DNA of 64,000 bases from Candidatus Omnitrophota bacterium (GTDB lineage: Bacteria > Omnitrophota > Gorgyraeia > Zapsychrales > JANLHA01): the NCBI GenBank assembly GCA_029560465.1, contig JAKQKX010000065.1, positions 5,148 through 69,147 of the forward strand. The letters are read 5' to 3'. The notes under the pieces were generated by a model. It did no database searches, was not told where the DNA came from, and was given only the letters and a program-made list of their open reading frames with translations. Of this stretch, positions 38,774 to 47,111 are shown one piece after another. Each line of letters starts with the position of its first letter. Positions within the stretch are counted from its first letter, which is position 1. The position numbers and the translations under genes are program-made.

Positions 38774-39700
38774 TTATAACCGTCCAATACCTTCCAGTTC
38801 TTCGTCTGACAAATCCCAGTCTGCCGCGGCCATATTATCATTCACCTGCTGAGCGGTACGGCACCCGACAACAACACTGGAAACACCTGCCTGTTGGCGC
38901 GCCCAGTTGATCGCCGTCTGATTGATCGGGCGCCCGATTTTGCGAAAAGCATCCAATACCGCCTGCGCTTTCTGGAAAGGTGCCCCGGTATAAAATTTAT
39001 AAAAAAAACTCCGGGCGTCAGCCTTATCTAAAACAGGGGGCACCGCATATTTCCCTGTCAGGAGACCCCCTCCCAAAGCGCCGTACGCAAAAACCGCCAG
39101 CCCCTCCTTCCGGCAAAACGGGAGCAACTCTCTGAGAATATCCTGGGTTAAGGCCGACAGCTGGCTCTGGGCCGAAAATACCGCTGTATAAGTCATGGCT
39201 TCTTTCAATTGCTCCGAGGAGAAATTGGACACGCCGATATGCCGGATTTTTCCTTCCCCCTGGAGTTTGCACATGGCGCTCATGGTCTCTTCCAAAGGAG
39301 TTTTCGGGTCCGGCCAATGACACTGATACACATCAATATATTCTGTCCCCAGTCGCCGCAAAGATTGTTCCACTTCAGAGCGTATACTGACGGCCTTGAG
39401 GTTGATCATAACGCGGCGGCCCTGGCGGATCAACCCGCATTTCGTTGCGATAATGACCTTGTCACGCCGCCCCTTGATAGCCTGGCCGACCAGGGTTTCC
39501 GCCTGGCCTTGACCATAAACCGGAGCCGTATCGATACAGGTCACACCCGCGTCCAACGCCGCATGAATAGCGTTAAGACTCTCCCTATCATCGCTTCCTC
39601 CCCAATTCTCCCCACCATACACCCATGTTCCCAAAGTCAATGCGGAAATCCGCAACCCCGGATAAACCTCCTTAATATATTTCATCCCCCATCCTTTCAA
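38774..39700 (-). CDS. Aldo/keto reductase
   Basis: 308 aa with an AKR N-terminus (LRISALTLGTWVYGG) and the IDTAPVYGQG and GVSNFS motifs. Confidence 0.85.
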   Translation of the reverse strand: MKGWGMKYIKEVYPGLRISALTLGTWVYGGENWGGSDDRESLNAIHAALDAGVTCIDTAPVYGQGQAETLVGQAIKGRRDKVIIATKCGLIRQGRRVMINLKAVSIRSEVEQSLRRLGTEYIDVYQCHWPDPKTPLEETMSAMCKLQGEGKIRHIGVSNFSSEQLKEAMTYTAVFSAQSQLSALTQDILRELLPFCRKEGLAVFAYGALGGGLLTGKYAVPPVLDKADARSFFYKFYTGAPFQKAQAVLDAFRKIGRPINQTAINWARQQAGVSSVVVGCRTAQQVNDNMAAADWDLSDEELEGIGRL

Positions 39701-39783
39701 TCTGTTCTATAATAAACATCCCTGTGATATAATGTTCCATTCTAACATATTTCAATAAAAATAAGAATTATCCTCTAAAGATC

Positions 39784-40506
39784 ATGTTCAGAGAGCTTTT
39801 CGGCGAAGATCCGCAAGCCATTAAACCATTCTGCCTCCTGGCGCCTTTTTACAGCGCCGCGATCCTGGACATATTACGAATACCCAGGCTGAAACAAGGC
39901 ACGCTCTACGCCTGCGGGCACAATCATGATTTGACTTTCATTCATACCCGCATCGGGCCGACCTTCCTGGGAGATGCGGTCCTTCACCTTGAAAAAACAC
40001 CCTGCCAGAATCTTACCCTGCTCGGAGCCTGCGGCGCCACTTCCATGACACCAGGGATGGAATTGGGAACCCCGATCTTCCCGTCAGGCAGTTACGCCAT
40101 GGACTCTTTCTCCGCGGTCTTGTCCAAAACTAAAACCAACTTCCCTTTTTATAAAAGTGATGCCGCGCTGACCGAAGACTTATTTCACCATAACGGCGGC
40201 GCCGGGCAACGCGTCTCCGCGGCTGCCAGCTTCAGCTCTTTTTATTTGGAAACGCAATATCGCGATCTTTTCCTCAAGAAAGGGATCGAAGTTGTCGACA
40301 TGGAAACAGCCGCTTTGTTCCAGGCCGCGGCGCTCACCGGGAAGAAAGCGGGAGCCGTGCTTTACGTTACGGATATTCTTGACATATCCCACCCCTTCCG
40401 CCACTGGTCAAGGGCAGAAAAACGCCTCTTGCAAGAGGCATCCCGGCAGGCGGCATCGATCATCCTGCGGACAGCCCGTCAAAAAAACAAATCGGCGAGC
40501 AATTAA
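39784..40506 (+). CDS. PNP_UDP_1 family nucleoside phosphorylase/nucleosidase (MTA/SAH nucleosidase or futalosine hydrolase-like)
   Basis: 240 aa with a C-terminal VVDMETAALFQAAAL segment characteristic of the phosphorylase-I family. The specific subfamily is undetermined. Confidence 0.45.
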   Translation: MFRELFGEDPQAIKPFCLLAPFYSAAILDILRIPRLKQGTLYACGHNHDLTFIHTRIGPTFLGDAVLHLEKTPCQNLTLLGACGATSMTPGMELGTPIFPSGSYAMDSFSAVLSKTKTNFPFYKSDAALTEDLFHHNGGAGQRVSAAASFSSFYLETQYRDLFLKKGIEVVDMETAALFQAAALTGKKAGAVLYVTDILDISHPFRHWSRAEKRLLQEASRQAASIILRTARQKNKSASN

Positions 40507-40614
40507 CCAGTTAAACACCCCAAAAATCTTCCAAGGAAACGTTGTCGTCCAGGAAACAACTATTCCAACGGCTAGGCAAACCGGCTTTATATATGTTATA
40601 CTTCAATTGACAAT

Positions 40615-40725
40615 TAGAAAGGTAAACTATTCGAAAGAATAGGGCGCAAAGCCGTGAGCCTAAATCTTCCTGCAAAAAGGCGGGAATGATATGGTTGTCT
40701 GGCTACCGTGACCATCCGGTTTCGT
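40615..40725 (+). ncRNA. Probable c-di-GMP-I (GEMM) riboswitch aptamer
   Basis: UAAACUAUUCGAAAGAAUAGGGCGCAAAGCCGUGAGCCUAAA aligns almost position-for-position with the Vibrio Vc2 aptamer core (AAACCAUUCGAAAGAGUGGGACGCAAAGCC...GCCUAAA). The P2 stem CUAUUC/GAAUAG carries a GAAA tetraloop, and a second stem UUCCUGC/GCGGGAA follows. Confidence 0.55.
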
Positions 40726-40734
40726 GAAAATATG

Positions 40735-40769
40735 AGCCCTTCGAATCTTTCGAAGGGCTTTTTCTTTTT
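40735..40769 (+). terminator. Intrinsic terminator/expression platform downstream of the riboswitch
   Basis: Perfect hairpin GCCCTTCGAA-TCTTT-CGAAGGGC followed by TTTTTCTTTTT. An RBS (AAGGAG) and the ATG of the next gene follow within 15 nt. Confidence 0.6.
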
Positions 40770-40782
40770 AAAGGAGCATTTT

Positions 40783-41046
40783 ATGAATAAATTTTTATTG
40801 ATATCCCTCATCGCAATTCTTCTTGCGCCCTTCTGTCCAAAATCCTCTATGGCGGCGCCGACTTCTTCCCAGGAGTTTAAAATTGTTGTGTATATTCCGG
40901 CGATCCCTGGGATCAATGCCCCCCTGGACAAACTGACTGAAGATGTGCGCGTCGACGGGATGACAGGGACATCATTTTACGTCACGACAGAAGAACTCCA
41001 GGAAGATGGCCAAAAGGTCTTCCGGGAAACGATTGTGGCCAGGTAG
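40783..41046 (+). CDS. Small secreted protein (87 aa) under riboswitch control
   Basis: A strong RBS (AAGGAGcattttATG) precedes signal peptide MNKFLLISLIAILLAPFCPKSSMA. There is no recognisable family. The track ORF starts upstream at 40708 inside the terminator. Confidence 0.5.
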   Translation: MNKFLLISLIAILLAPFCPKSSMAAPTSSQEFKIVVYIPAIPGINAPLDKLTEDVRVDGMTGTSFYVTTEELQEDGQKVFRETIVAR

Positions 41047-41054
41047 GAAGCTGG

Positions 41055-43811
41055 CTATTTAGCCTTTTCTTTGAGGGGGATATTGAACACGTACGTGATC
41101 CCTTCCGCGACTTTAATCTCATTCTTAATTTTAACTAACGGGATACAATTCTTAGGAAGAGAATTGACGTCCAGTTCCAGGACGTGTATTCCGGGCTTAA
41201 TATTGTCAAAACTATATGTCCCTTCAAAATCACTAAATGTTACCTCTTTCCCATCCAAAATAACCTTGGCTTTGGAGACAAACTTGTCATCCTTATCCAG
41301 GACATTGTTTTGATTAGTATCAATGAACACAACGCCGTAAACACCCGACTGGCTGGTCAGGCCGAAGTTGTTCACGTTCACTTTCCTATGCTCAACAATG
41401 ACATCCTTCATGAATCCGTTGGAATTTACGTAACCGGTCGGCAAAGTCGAAATATCCAACGCAACCCGCACCTTCCGGGCTTTAACCTTCGCGAAATATC
41501 GCCCCTGGCTGTTAGTTTTAACGACCTTATCCCCGACTTTGATCCCAATACCGGGGATGCCCTCTTCTCCCAAATCAAGAACAGTATTTCCGTTTATGTC
41601 GTTAAATACACGCCCTTGAAAAATTCCGGTGGGATTCCAGCGGAAAAAGGTATCCCAATTGGTCCGCAACCCTAACCGCACGTCAGCGTCATTAAAAGGC
41701 GAATTGTCAGGGTTTTCCGTCCAAACGCTGCGGATATTGCCATCTAAATATATTTCAAAATCACGATTCGGGCGGTAAACGAACCCTAAAGATCCACGGA
41801 TAGAGTCCTCCCCGGAAAGGAAACTGAACTGCTCTGTTGTCTTCTCTTCATCCCGGTATCGTAAGCTCATCCTTCCGGACAAGGGTTCGAACATCCTCCA
41901 GGTATAATCAACCCCCGTAGTCAGCACATGCGGATATGTCCAATCATCGGCCTGGATATTATGGACAAATGAATATTCATAATTCACGTAAAAACTCATA
42001 TCTGAAAAAAGCGGCATCCGCAGCCCCGCGGATAAAGAATTACGGTCAAACTCAGACGCCGGAGATTTATCATAACGGTTTTGCTGGAACGTCTGCCCGA
42101 GAGAAAACGTCATCGCCCGTCCCCCAAAAAACGGAAAACGCTGATTAAACATATTCATAATACTTCTACTTTGATGCGGGGAAATAAGCTGCGGGGTGTA
42201 GGAAACAAAAGCCCCTGTCGTCCATGAGGACGCGGACGATAGGGGATAGTTAAAAGAGCCGTTCCAGTCAACATTCAGGTCATCCTCTTTGTCGGGATTA
42301 AACAAAAAGCGGTCGCGGTAAATATCAAGATTCGAATTAAGACGGGTTTTCTCTCCCCGGAACGCATAACGTATATTGCCACCCACTTCCCCTCGGTCCG
42401 AAGGACGCCCGACCAGAGTCACATAGTCTTTATCAATATCGCGAAAATTTATGTTTAAAGTATAATTTTTCTTTTTAATCTCCGTCCTAATGACGTCACT
42501 ATAAACGTCTTCATCGGAGGCAATCTCCCCGTATATTTTGAAATCATTGAATTTGTGTTCAGTCTCCGCCGAAAACACTTTATCTTTAAGAAAATTATCC
42601 CGGGAGTCTCCATACCCCCGCCCGACATTAATCGTGTAATTATGGTCATCGTCAGGGAACAACGTGACACTCGCTCCTTCAATATGGGTTTTCTTAACAG
42701 ACAGGATCCCAGGACTGATAAACAAAAACTGGGCGCGGTCCTGCCCTTGAAAGACCGTATAACGAAGATTATGATGCGCCGCGTAACTTTCTAACTTGAC
42801 TCCCCGGAAACTCCGGCCCGGGATTGACAGGTCAGAGAAGAAGACCTCGGTGTCAAAGCCCCGAATTGTAAAATCCCGGAAAGGACCCACGAGGCCATTG
42901 GTCAGCCCTACCCGCTCGCCTATCCGCTCCGTGGATTCGGCATATTTATAAAAATTCATAGAAGCATCAAAATCGCCATAGGGCGTTTTCCCGTACATCC
43001 CAACCCACTGCGAAAAATTGAGGTTTGTCCGAACCATGTCCGGGATACGGTCCCCGAGATAAATACTGCTCCAATTATTAGAATACGCGATATTAAACGG
43101 CGGGGAATCTTCTTTCCCGGTCAATTCAAACTTTTCCACCTGCACGTTCTGCTGAATACGCGGGAGCTGGCCTTTAACGTTAAAAGTCCAGCGGCCCCGG
43201 TCGTCCCAGATGTGAAAAAAAGTATTCGCCCGGACTTTAGTCATAATACTGATACGATTTTGGTCCAACCGATCCACTTCCAGGATTCCTTCGTTGACCG
43301 CCAGGAACTGTTTAATATTCCGGCCCTGCAAAATATAAGTCTTATTCGTTTCGATTTCCAAGTCGGTATTAGGCTGCCTGGCCCACAGCGTGTCATCCAG
43401 GTTAAGGATTGCCGCATGTTTCGGTTTAAGAGCCTCTTCCTTGGCTTTCATCATGGCCGGCGATGCGGTAAACTGCTGCACGATGGCCGTCCGTTCCTCC
43501 TCCCTCTGTTGATCAGGGGTCACCACCTCTTTGGGAAAAACATCCGGTTGCACAACAGCCATGCGGCCTTCCTTAAAACGTTTAATGAGTTTAATGTATT
43601 TGAAAGGAGTTTCTTTGGATGGGGCAATCGCCTGAGCCTGTTCAAAATACAAAATAGCTTTATCATAAAAGCCCTTATCAAAAGCCCGGACGCCCAAACT
43701 CATATAATAATGATAATCAGATTCTGAAGCAGCGGAGCTTGCTCCAGGACAGGAAAGGATAAATAATGCAGCGATAAGAATTCCAAGGAAAAATTTGCTC
43801 ATACCTCGCAA
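41055..43811 (-). CDS. Large outer-membrane protein: N-terminal TPR region, central beta-barrel-like region, C-terminal carboxypeptidase-regulatory-like (Ig-like) domains; usher-like candidate
   Basis: 918 aa with signal peptide, TPR-like helices (YYMSLGVRAFDKGFYDKAILYFEQAQAIAP) and a long Tyr/Asn/Asp-rich beta-strand region. Two C-terminal CarbopepD_reg-like modules are present (VFNDINGNTVLDLGEEGIPGIGIKV...; VYGVVFIDTNQNNVLDKDDKFVSKAKVILDGKEV). Confidence 0.45.
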   Translation of the reverse strand: MRGMSKFFLGILIAALFILSCPGASSAASESDYHYYMSLGVRAFDKGFYDKAILYFEQAQAIAPSKETPFKYIKLIKRFKEGRMAVVQPDVFPKEVVTPDQQREEERTAIVQQFTASPAMMKAKEEALKPKHAAILNLDDTLWARQPNTDLEIETNKTYILQGRNIKQFLAVNEGILEVDRLDQNRISIMTKVRANTFFHIWDDRGRWTFNVKGQLPRIQQNVQVEKFELTGKEDSPPFNIAYSNNWSSIYLGDRIPDMVRTNLNFSQWVGMYGKTPYGDFDASMNFYKYAESTERIGERVGLTNGLVGPFRDFTIRGFDTEVFFSDLSIPGRSFRGVKLESYAAHHNLRYTVFQGQDRAQFLFISPGILSVKKTHIEGASVTLFPDDDHNYTINVGRGYGDSRDNFLKDKVFSAETEHKFNDFKIYGEIASDEDVYSDVIRTEIKKKNYTLNINFRDIDKDYVTLVGRPSDRGEVGGNIRYAFRGEKTRLNSNLDIYRDRFLFNPDKEDDLNVDWNGSFNYPLSSASSWTTGAFVSYTPQLISPHQSRSIMNMFNQRFPFFGGRAMTFSLGQTFQQNRYDKSPASEFDRNSLSAGLRMPLFSDMSFYVNYEYSFVHNIQADDWTYPHVLTTGVDYTWRMFEPLSGRMSLRYRDEEKTTEQFSFLSGEDSIRGSLGFVYRPNRDFEIYLDGNIRSVWTENPDNSPFNDADVRLGLRTNWDTFFRWNPTGIFQGRVFNDINGNTVLDLGEEGIPGIGIKVGDKVVKTNSQGRYFAKVKARKVRVALDISTLPTGYVNSNGFMKDVIVEHRKVNVNNFGLTSQSGVYGVVFIDTNQNNVLDKDDKFVSKAKVILDGKEVTFSDFEGTYSFDNIKPGIHVLELDVNSLPKNCIPLVKIKNEIKVAEGITYVFNIPLKEKAK

Positions 43812-43988
43812 CGTTTCTGCGGTTCCACGGCATCTTCTGAAAAATCCGAACTATAACCCAGCCTCTTGTCCCAAGAATATTTCCCATGGTATCTTTGAAT
43901 CAAATTCAGCATGAGGCCGAAACACAGAAAAATTTTCACCACCTTTATTATAAATATTATCCGGCAAAACAAAAGCGGGATCGGGAAA

Positions 43989-44885
43989 TTAATCCCGTGT
44001 GGCAACCAAATTTATATCCCCTTCCGGATTCTTATTAAAATCAACTTCGATGACCACACTGTCCCCGCGCTCCAAATCAAATGTCAAGACAACCGTATGC
44101 TTCCCCGGAGGGAGTGTTTCAGGAATAACAAATTGAAAATCCGCTTTCGCCTGCGGCGGGACATACAGCTTATTAACTTCTCCCCGGTCTTCGACCAAGC
44201 CATCCTCACTGAGGAAAAAGAAGACTCCTTTGGGGAAAAGCACGACATCCCCCTGGTTATGAAAATTCCCCTGCAGCACTCCTCCATTAAGAGCCAGATC
44301 TTCAACCTTCGCGGATTTGTTCGCATCCGTTGACTCGAGAAAAAACAAAGTGCCAATCCTGGTCACAAAACTCATCCCGATTCTTGACTTAGCCACATCC
44401 GGGCTCATCTCAAAAAAAAGCACGCCATCGCAGCCTGTTTTAAATGATTCCGGGACTTTAACCGAATACTTTACCTCTTGCTTCCCGAACGGCGGAAGGG
44501 TTATTGTATTGGGGCTAAACGTGATTTTGTCCGCGCAGGAATAATCAGAGGTGCCGCTCGGCATAAATTCTTTGTTCCCTTTATCAAACGGTTGGCGGTA
44601 AATAAAATCCTGCCAATACAATTTTACGGCTAACGGCTTATTGGTGCTGTTTGTGACTTCCAGGGAATCCACGATTCCCGAGCCCGGAGCCATTTCATGT
44701 TTAATGACGCTCTTCTGAATAATCAGTTGCGCAGAAACTCTGCCCGGCATACCGAGTAAACCGACAAAGAAAAAAGGGATTATATGGATAAATCGATGCA
44801 TAAGTTTAATAACTTTTGCGGGCAGGTTACTCCTGCCCGCAAAAGTTTCAATTTTTAAAAACAAATTACGGTCCAGGAGCAGCAA
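43989..44885 (-). CDS. Periplasmic protein with PapD-like pilus-chaperone N-terminal pattern (two Ig-like domains)
   Basis: The likely start is the internal MHRFIHIIPFFFVGLLGMPGRVSA (near 44801). The mature N-terminus AQLIIQKSVIKHEMAPGSGIVDSLEVTNSTNKPLAVKLYW follows the chaperone pattern A-x-[LIV]-x-[LIV]...[LIV]x[LIV]xNxxxxP[LIV][LIV]xxW. Single-base sequence reading around 44820 was ambiguous, so the coordinates follow the ORF track. Confidence 0.35.
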   Translation of the reverse strand: MLLLDRNLFLKIETFAGRSNLPAKVIKLMHRFIHIIPFFFVGLLGMPGRVSAQLIIQKSVIKHEMAPGSGIVDSLEVTNSTNKPLAVKLYWQDFIYRQPFDKGNKEFMPSGTSDYSCADKITFSPNTITLPPFGKQEVKYSVKVPESFKTGCDGVLFFEMSPDVAKSRIGMSFVTRIGTLFFLESTDANKSAKVEDLALNGGVLQGNFHNQGDVVLFPKGVFFFLSEDGLVEDRGEVNKLYVPPQAKADFQFVIPETLPPGKHTVVLTFDLERGDSVVIEVDFNKNPEGDINLVATRD

Positions 44886-45549
44886 CAGTCATGGTTAACG
44901 TGCCGGTGTAATTACCAGGCGTGTCTCCCGGATTAAACGGGATAGCCCCAGCAGGTTCCGATTCAAGCGGATTCCCGGTTGAAAGCCCGACATAAAAACG
45001 CAAATACTGCCCGTTGGCTAAAATATCCGCAGCATAAACAGTTTGTGCGATGTTCGCCAATATCGCCCGGGTTCCTATTTGAGTTTCAGTGTCATCGGTG
45101 TAAACATCCGGAGTCCCATTGTTGTCATTCGCAACAGGCGTTCCAATGGCATGAACTCCAAGGCCACTTCCATCATTCGGTGAGCCGTTGGGGTTGTCGT
45201 CATCCGTATAAGTAAGAGTAACATTAAGAGCACCCGCCCCATACGGCCACACATCAACAGCATAGTAAACATCGCCCAGGTAAGCATATTGAGGTGGATC
45301 CCCAGGATCCGCGACATTAGTGAGGATCGGCTCAAACTGCAAAGTTGTGGACGGCCAATCTGTGAATACCCCTCCGTCAACCTGGTAGACTACGAACGTT
45401 GCCGTGCTGGCGTTGTCGATGTCAACGGTAATCGGGAACGTCGCCGAGCTGGTCTGCGCCGAGGCGCCGGACACGAAGCACAACAAGGCCCCCACCATTA
45501 ACACCGTTAAGAAAGTTAGTTTTCGCATTTTCTTCCTTCCTCCTTTCAA
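44866..45549 (-). CDS. Secreted beta-rich protein (fibre/pilin-like subunit candidate)
   Basis: Signal peptide MRKLTFLTVLMVGALLCFVSGASA, Thr/Asp/Gly-rich with a Pro-rich C-terminus. No family assigned. Confidence 0.4.
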   Translation of the reverse strand: MKGGRKKMRKLTFLTVLMVGALLCFVSGASAQTSSATFPITVDIDNASTATFVVYQVDGGVFTDWPSTTLQFEPILTNVADPGDPPQYAYLGDVYYAVDVWPYGAGALNVTLTYTDDDNPNGSPNDGSGLGVHAIGTPVANDNNGTPDVYTDDTETQIGTRAILANIAQTVYAADILANGQYLRFYVGLSTGNPLESEPAGAIPFNPGDTPGNYTGTLTMTVAAPGP

Positions 45550-45557
45550 AAATTAAA

Positions 45558-46937
45558 CTAAATGGCACCTAATGAATACATCACTTGCACTTTATAATTA
45601 CCAGCCTGCATATTCGGATAAGGCTTCATACGGTAACTCACAGTCAAAACAGCTGACGACCCCAGGTCGTCTGAAACGTATAAAGGAACCTCACCCTTGC
45701 TTACTGGAGAAAAATCGTCGTGTTGAACGCTTCCCTGCCCATCAACAAGTTCTTCCTTGAATGTAAAGAATTCGCTGGAAAATTCCTCCCCCTCTTCATT
45801 AGTCAGCGGTGCGTGTAAAATTTGATTCACGACATACGGTTTGCCCAAGTTTGTCTTGACCGCAACTTTAATCTCCTTAATTTGCGGCGGGTCGGTTTCC
45901 AGGGTGCCGTGAAAACTCATACCCTCGGTGGGATACTCCACGTTCAGTTCAAAAACCGGGTCCACCACAAGCTCCAAATGAACATCAAACACGTGTTCAC
46001 CCCGCCTGCTTTCAACAATATATCTGGCAGCGCCTTCATAACGGCCCGCCTGGTAATTTTGCACCAAATCCTGATTCACGCTATAGTTAACTCCGATTGT
46101 ATCGTGGCTGGCGGTCCCTTCATAAATAAGCGTTTGTTCCGGCCGCAAATCACCCGAGGACTCCTGAAGGACCTCCCCCCGTTCCCCCCCAAAAACCAGA
46201 TATTGAATCAAACCCAATTCAACCGACTGCATCAACTCGTCTCTGGGGAAGGCGTCGATCTTTTGATAAATCTTAATGGGGTTGCCTTCAACGTTGTTCG
46301 TAAAAGAGATCGAAAAATTCGCCTCTGAAACAGGCCTCTGATCTGTTGTTATCCTGATGCGGTCCTGACCGGCATTCCCAGACGTTTCAATCTTTAAATC
46401 GCCGCCAGCTTCCAAAGTGACAGTCAGGACTCTTTCATCAATTGCCCCCTCACCTATCTGACGGACAGTATAAAACATCTGTCCCTGAAAAGATCCTGAA
46501 ACGCTCAACGCATCCGGGTCGACTTTATAAAAGACCACAAAAGAATCCGCGGTCCCGGAAGGGTCAGAAGAATAAATCTGCTGATCGGAAAGCCCCAAAG
46601 GCTCAACATCCTGAATATAGAGCGTGCCACGGGAATTGGAACCAAGCAACCCCCCGCTTAAGATAGCGGAGCGATACAGGGTTTCCCCTTTTTCATTAAC
46701 CAGTGGGCCTATCCTTTGAAAGACCTGGTATTGTTGCCCTTCATCAGAATTCACACGGATACGGACTTCCTTATCTTCTGAGGAGAAAGTATCTACACGC
46801 CCAAAACGGATACTCCCGCCCCCTTCAGCCGGAATCACAGACAGCGTCACCGCGGCAAAAGATAAATTAGGGATAATTTCTATTAAAAATAATATTAATG
46901 CTATAGTTAAATATTTTTTTAAGTTTACATAATTCAT
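45558..46937 (-). CDS. Secreted multi-domain beta-rich protein (tip/adhesin-like candidate)
   Basis: 459 aa with a signal peptide and repeated Ig-like strand patterns. It is the first gene after a 170 bp AT-rich promoter tract. Confidence 0.4.
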   Translation of the reverse strand: MNYVNLKKYLTIALILFLIEIIPNLSFAAVTLSVIPAEGGGSIRFGRVDTFSSEDKEVRIRVNSDEGQQYQVFQRIGPLVNEKGETLYRSAILSGGLLGSNSRGTLYIQDVEPLGLSDQQIYSSDPSGTADSFVVFYKVDPDALSVSGSFQGQMFYTVRQIGEGAIDERVLTVTLEAGGDLKIETSGNAGQDRIRITTDQRPVSEANFSISFTNNVEGNPIKIYQKIDAFPRDELMQSVELGLIQYLVFGGERGEVLQESSGDLRPEQTLIYEGTASHDTIGVNYSVNQDLVQNYQAGRYEGAARYIVESRRGEHVFDVHLELVVDPVFELNVEYPTEGMSFHGTLETDPPQIKEIKVAVKTNLGKPYVVNQILHAPLTNEEGEEFSSEFFTFKEELVDGQGSVQHDDFSPVSKGEVPLYVSDDLGSSAVLTVSYRMKPYPNMQAGNYKVQVMYSLGAI

Positions 46938-47111
46938 ATTTAATATCTTACTAAATAATCATCAAAAAGTATAGATATTTCTTTTCCATAAATATATGAA
47001 AAATAACAATTTATATTTTTAATAAATTTTTTTCTTAAATAAAATTAAAAATTTAAAAATTCTATAATAAAATTGAATCTTTATGATATAAATAATTTTA
47101 ATTAATATAAT

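Noticed and set aside
40180-40404. Minus-strand 74 aa ORF inside the PNP-family gene
   Set aside because: It is nested antisense within a plus-strand gene that has family motifs. There is no independent support.
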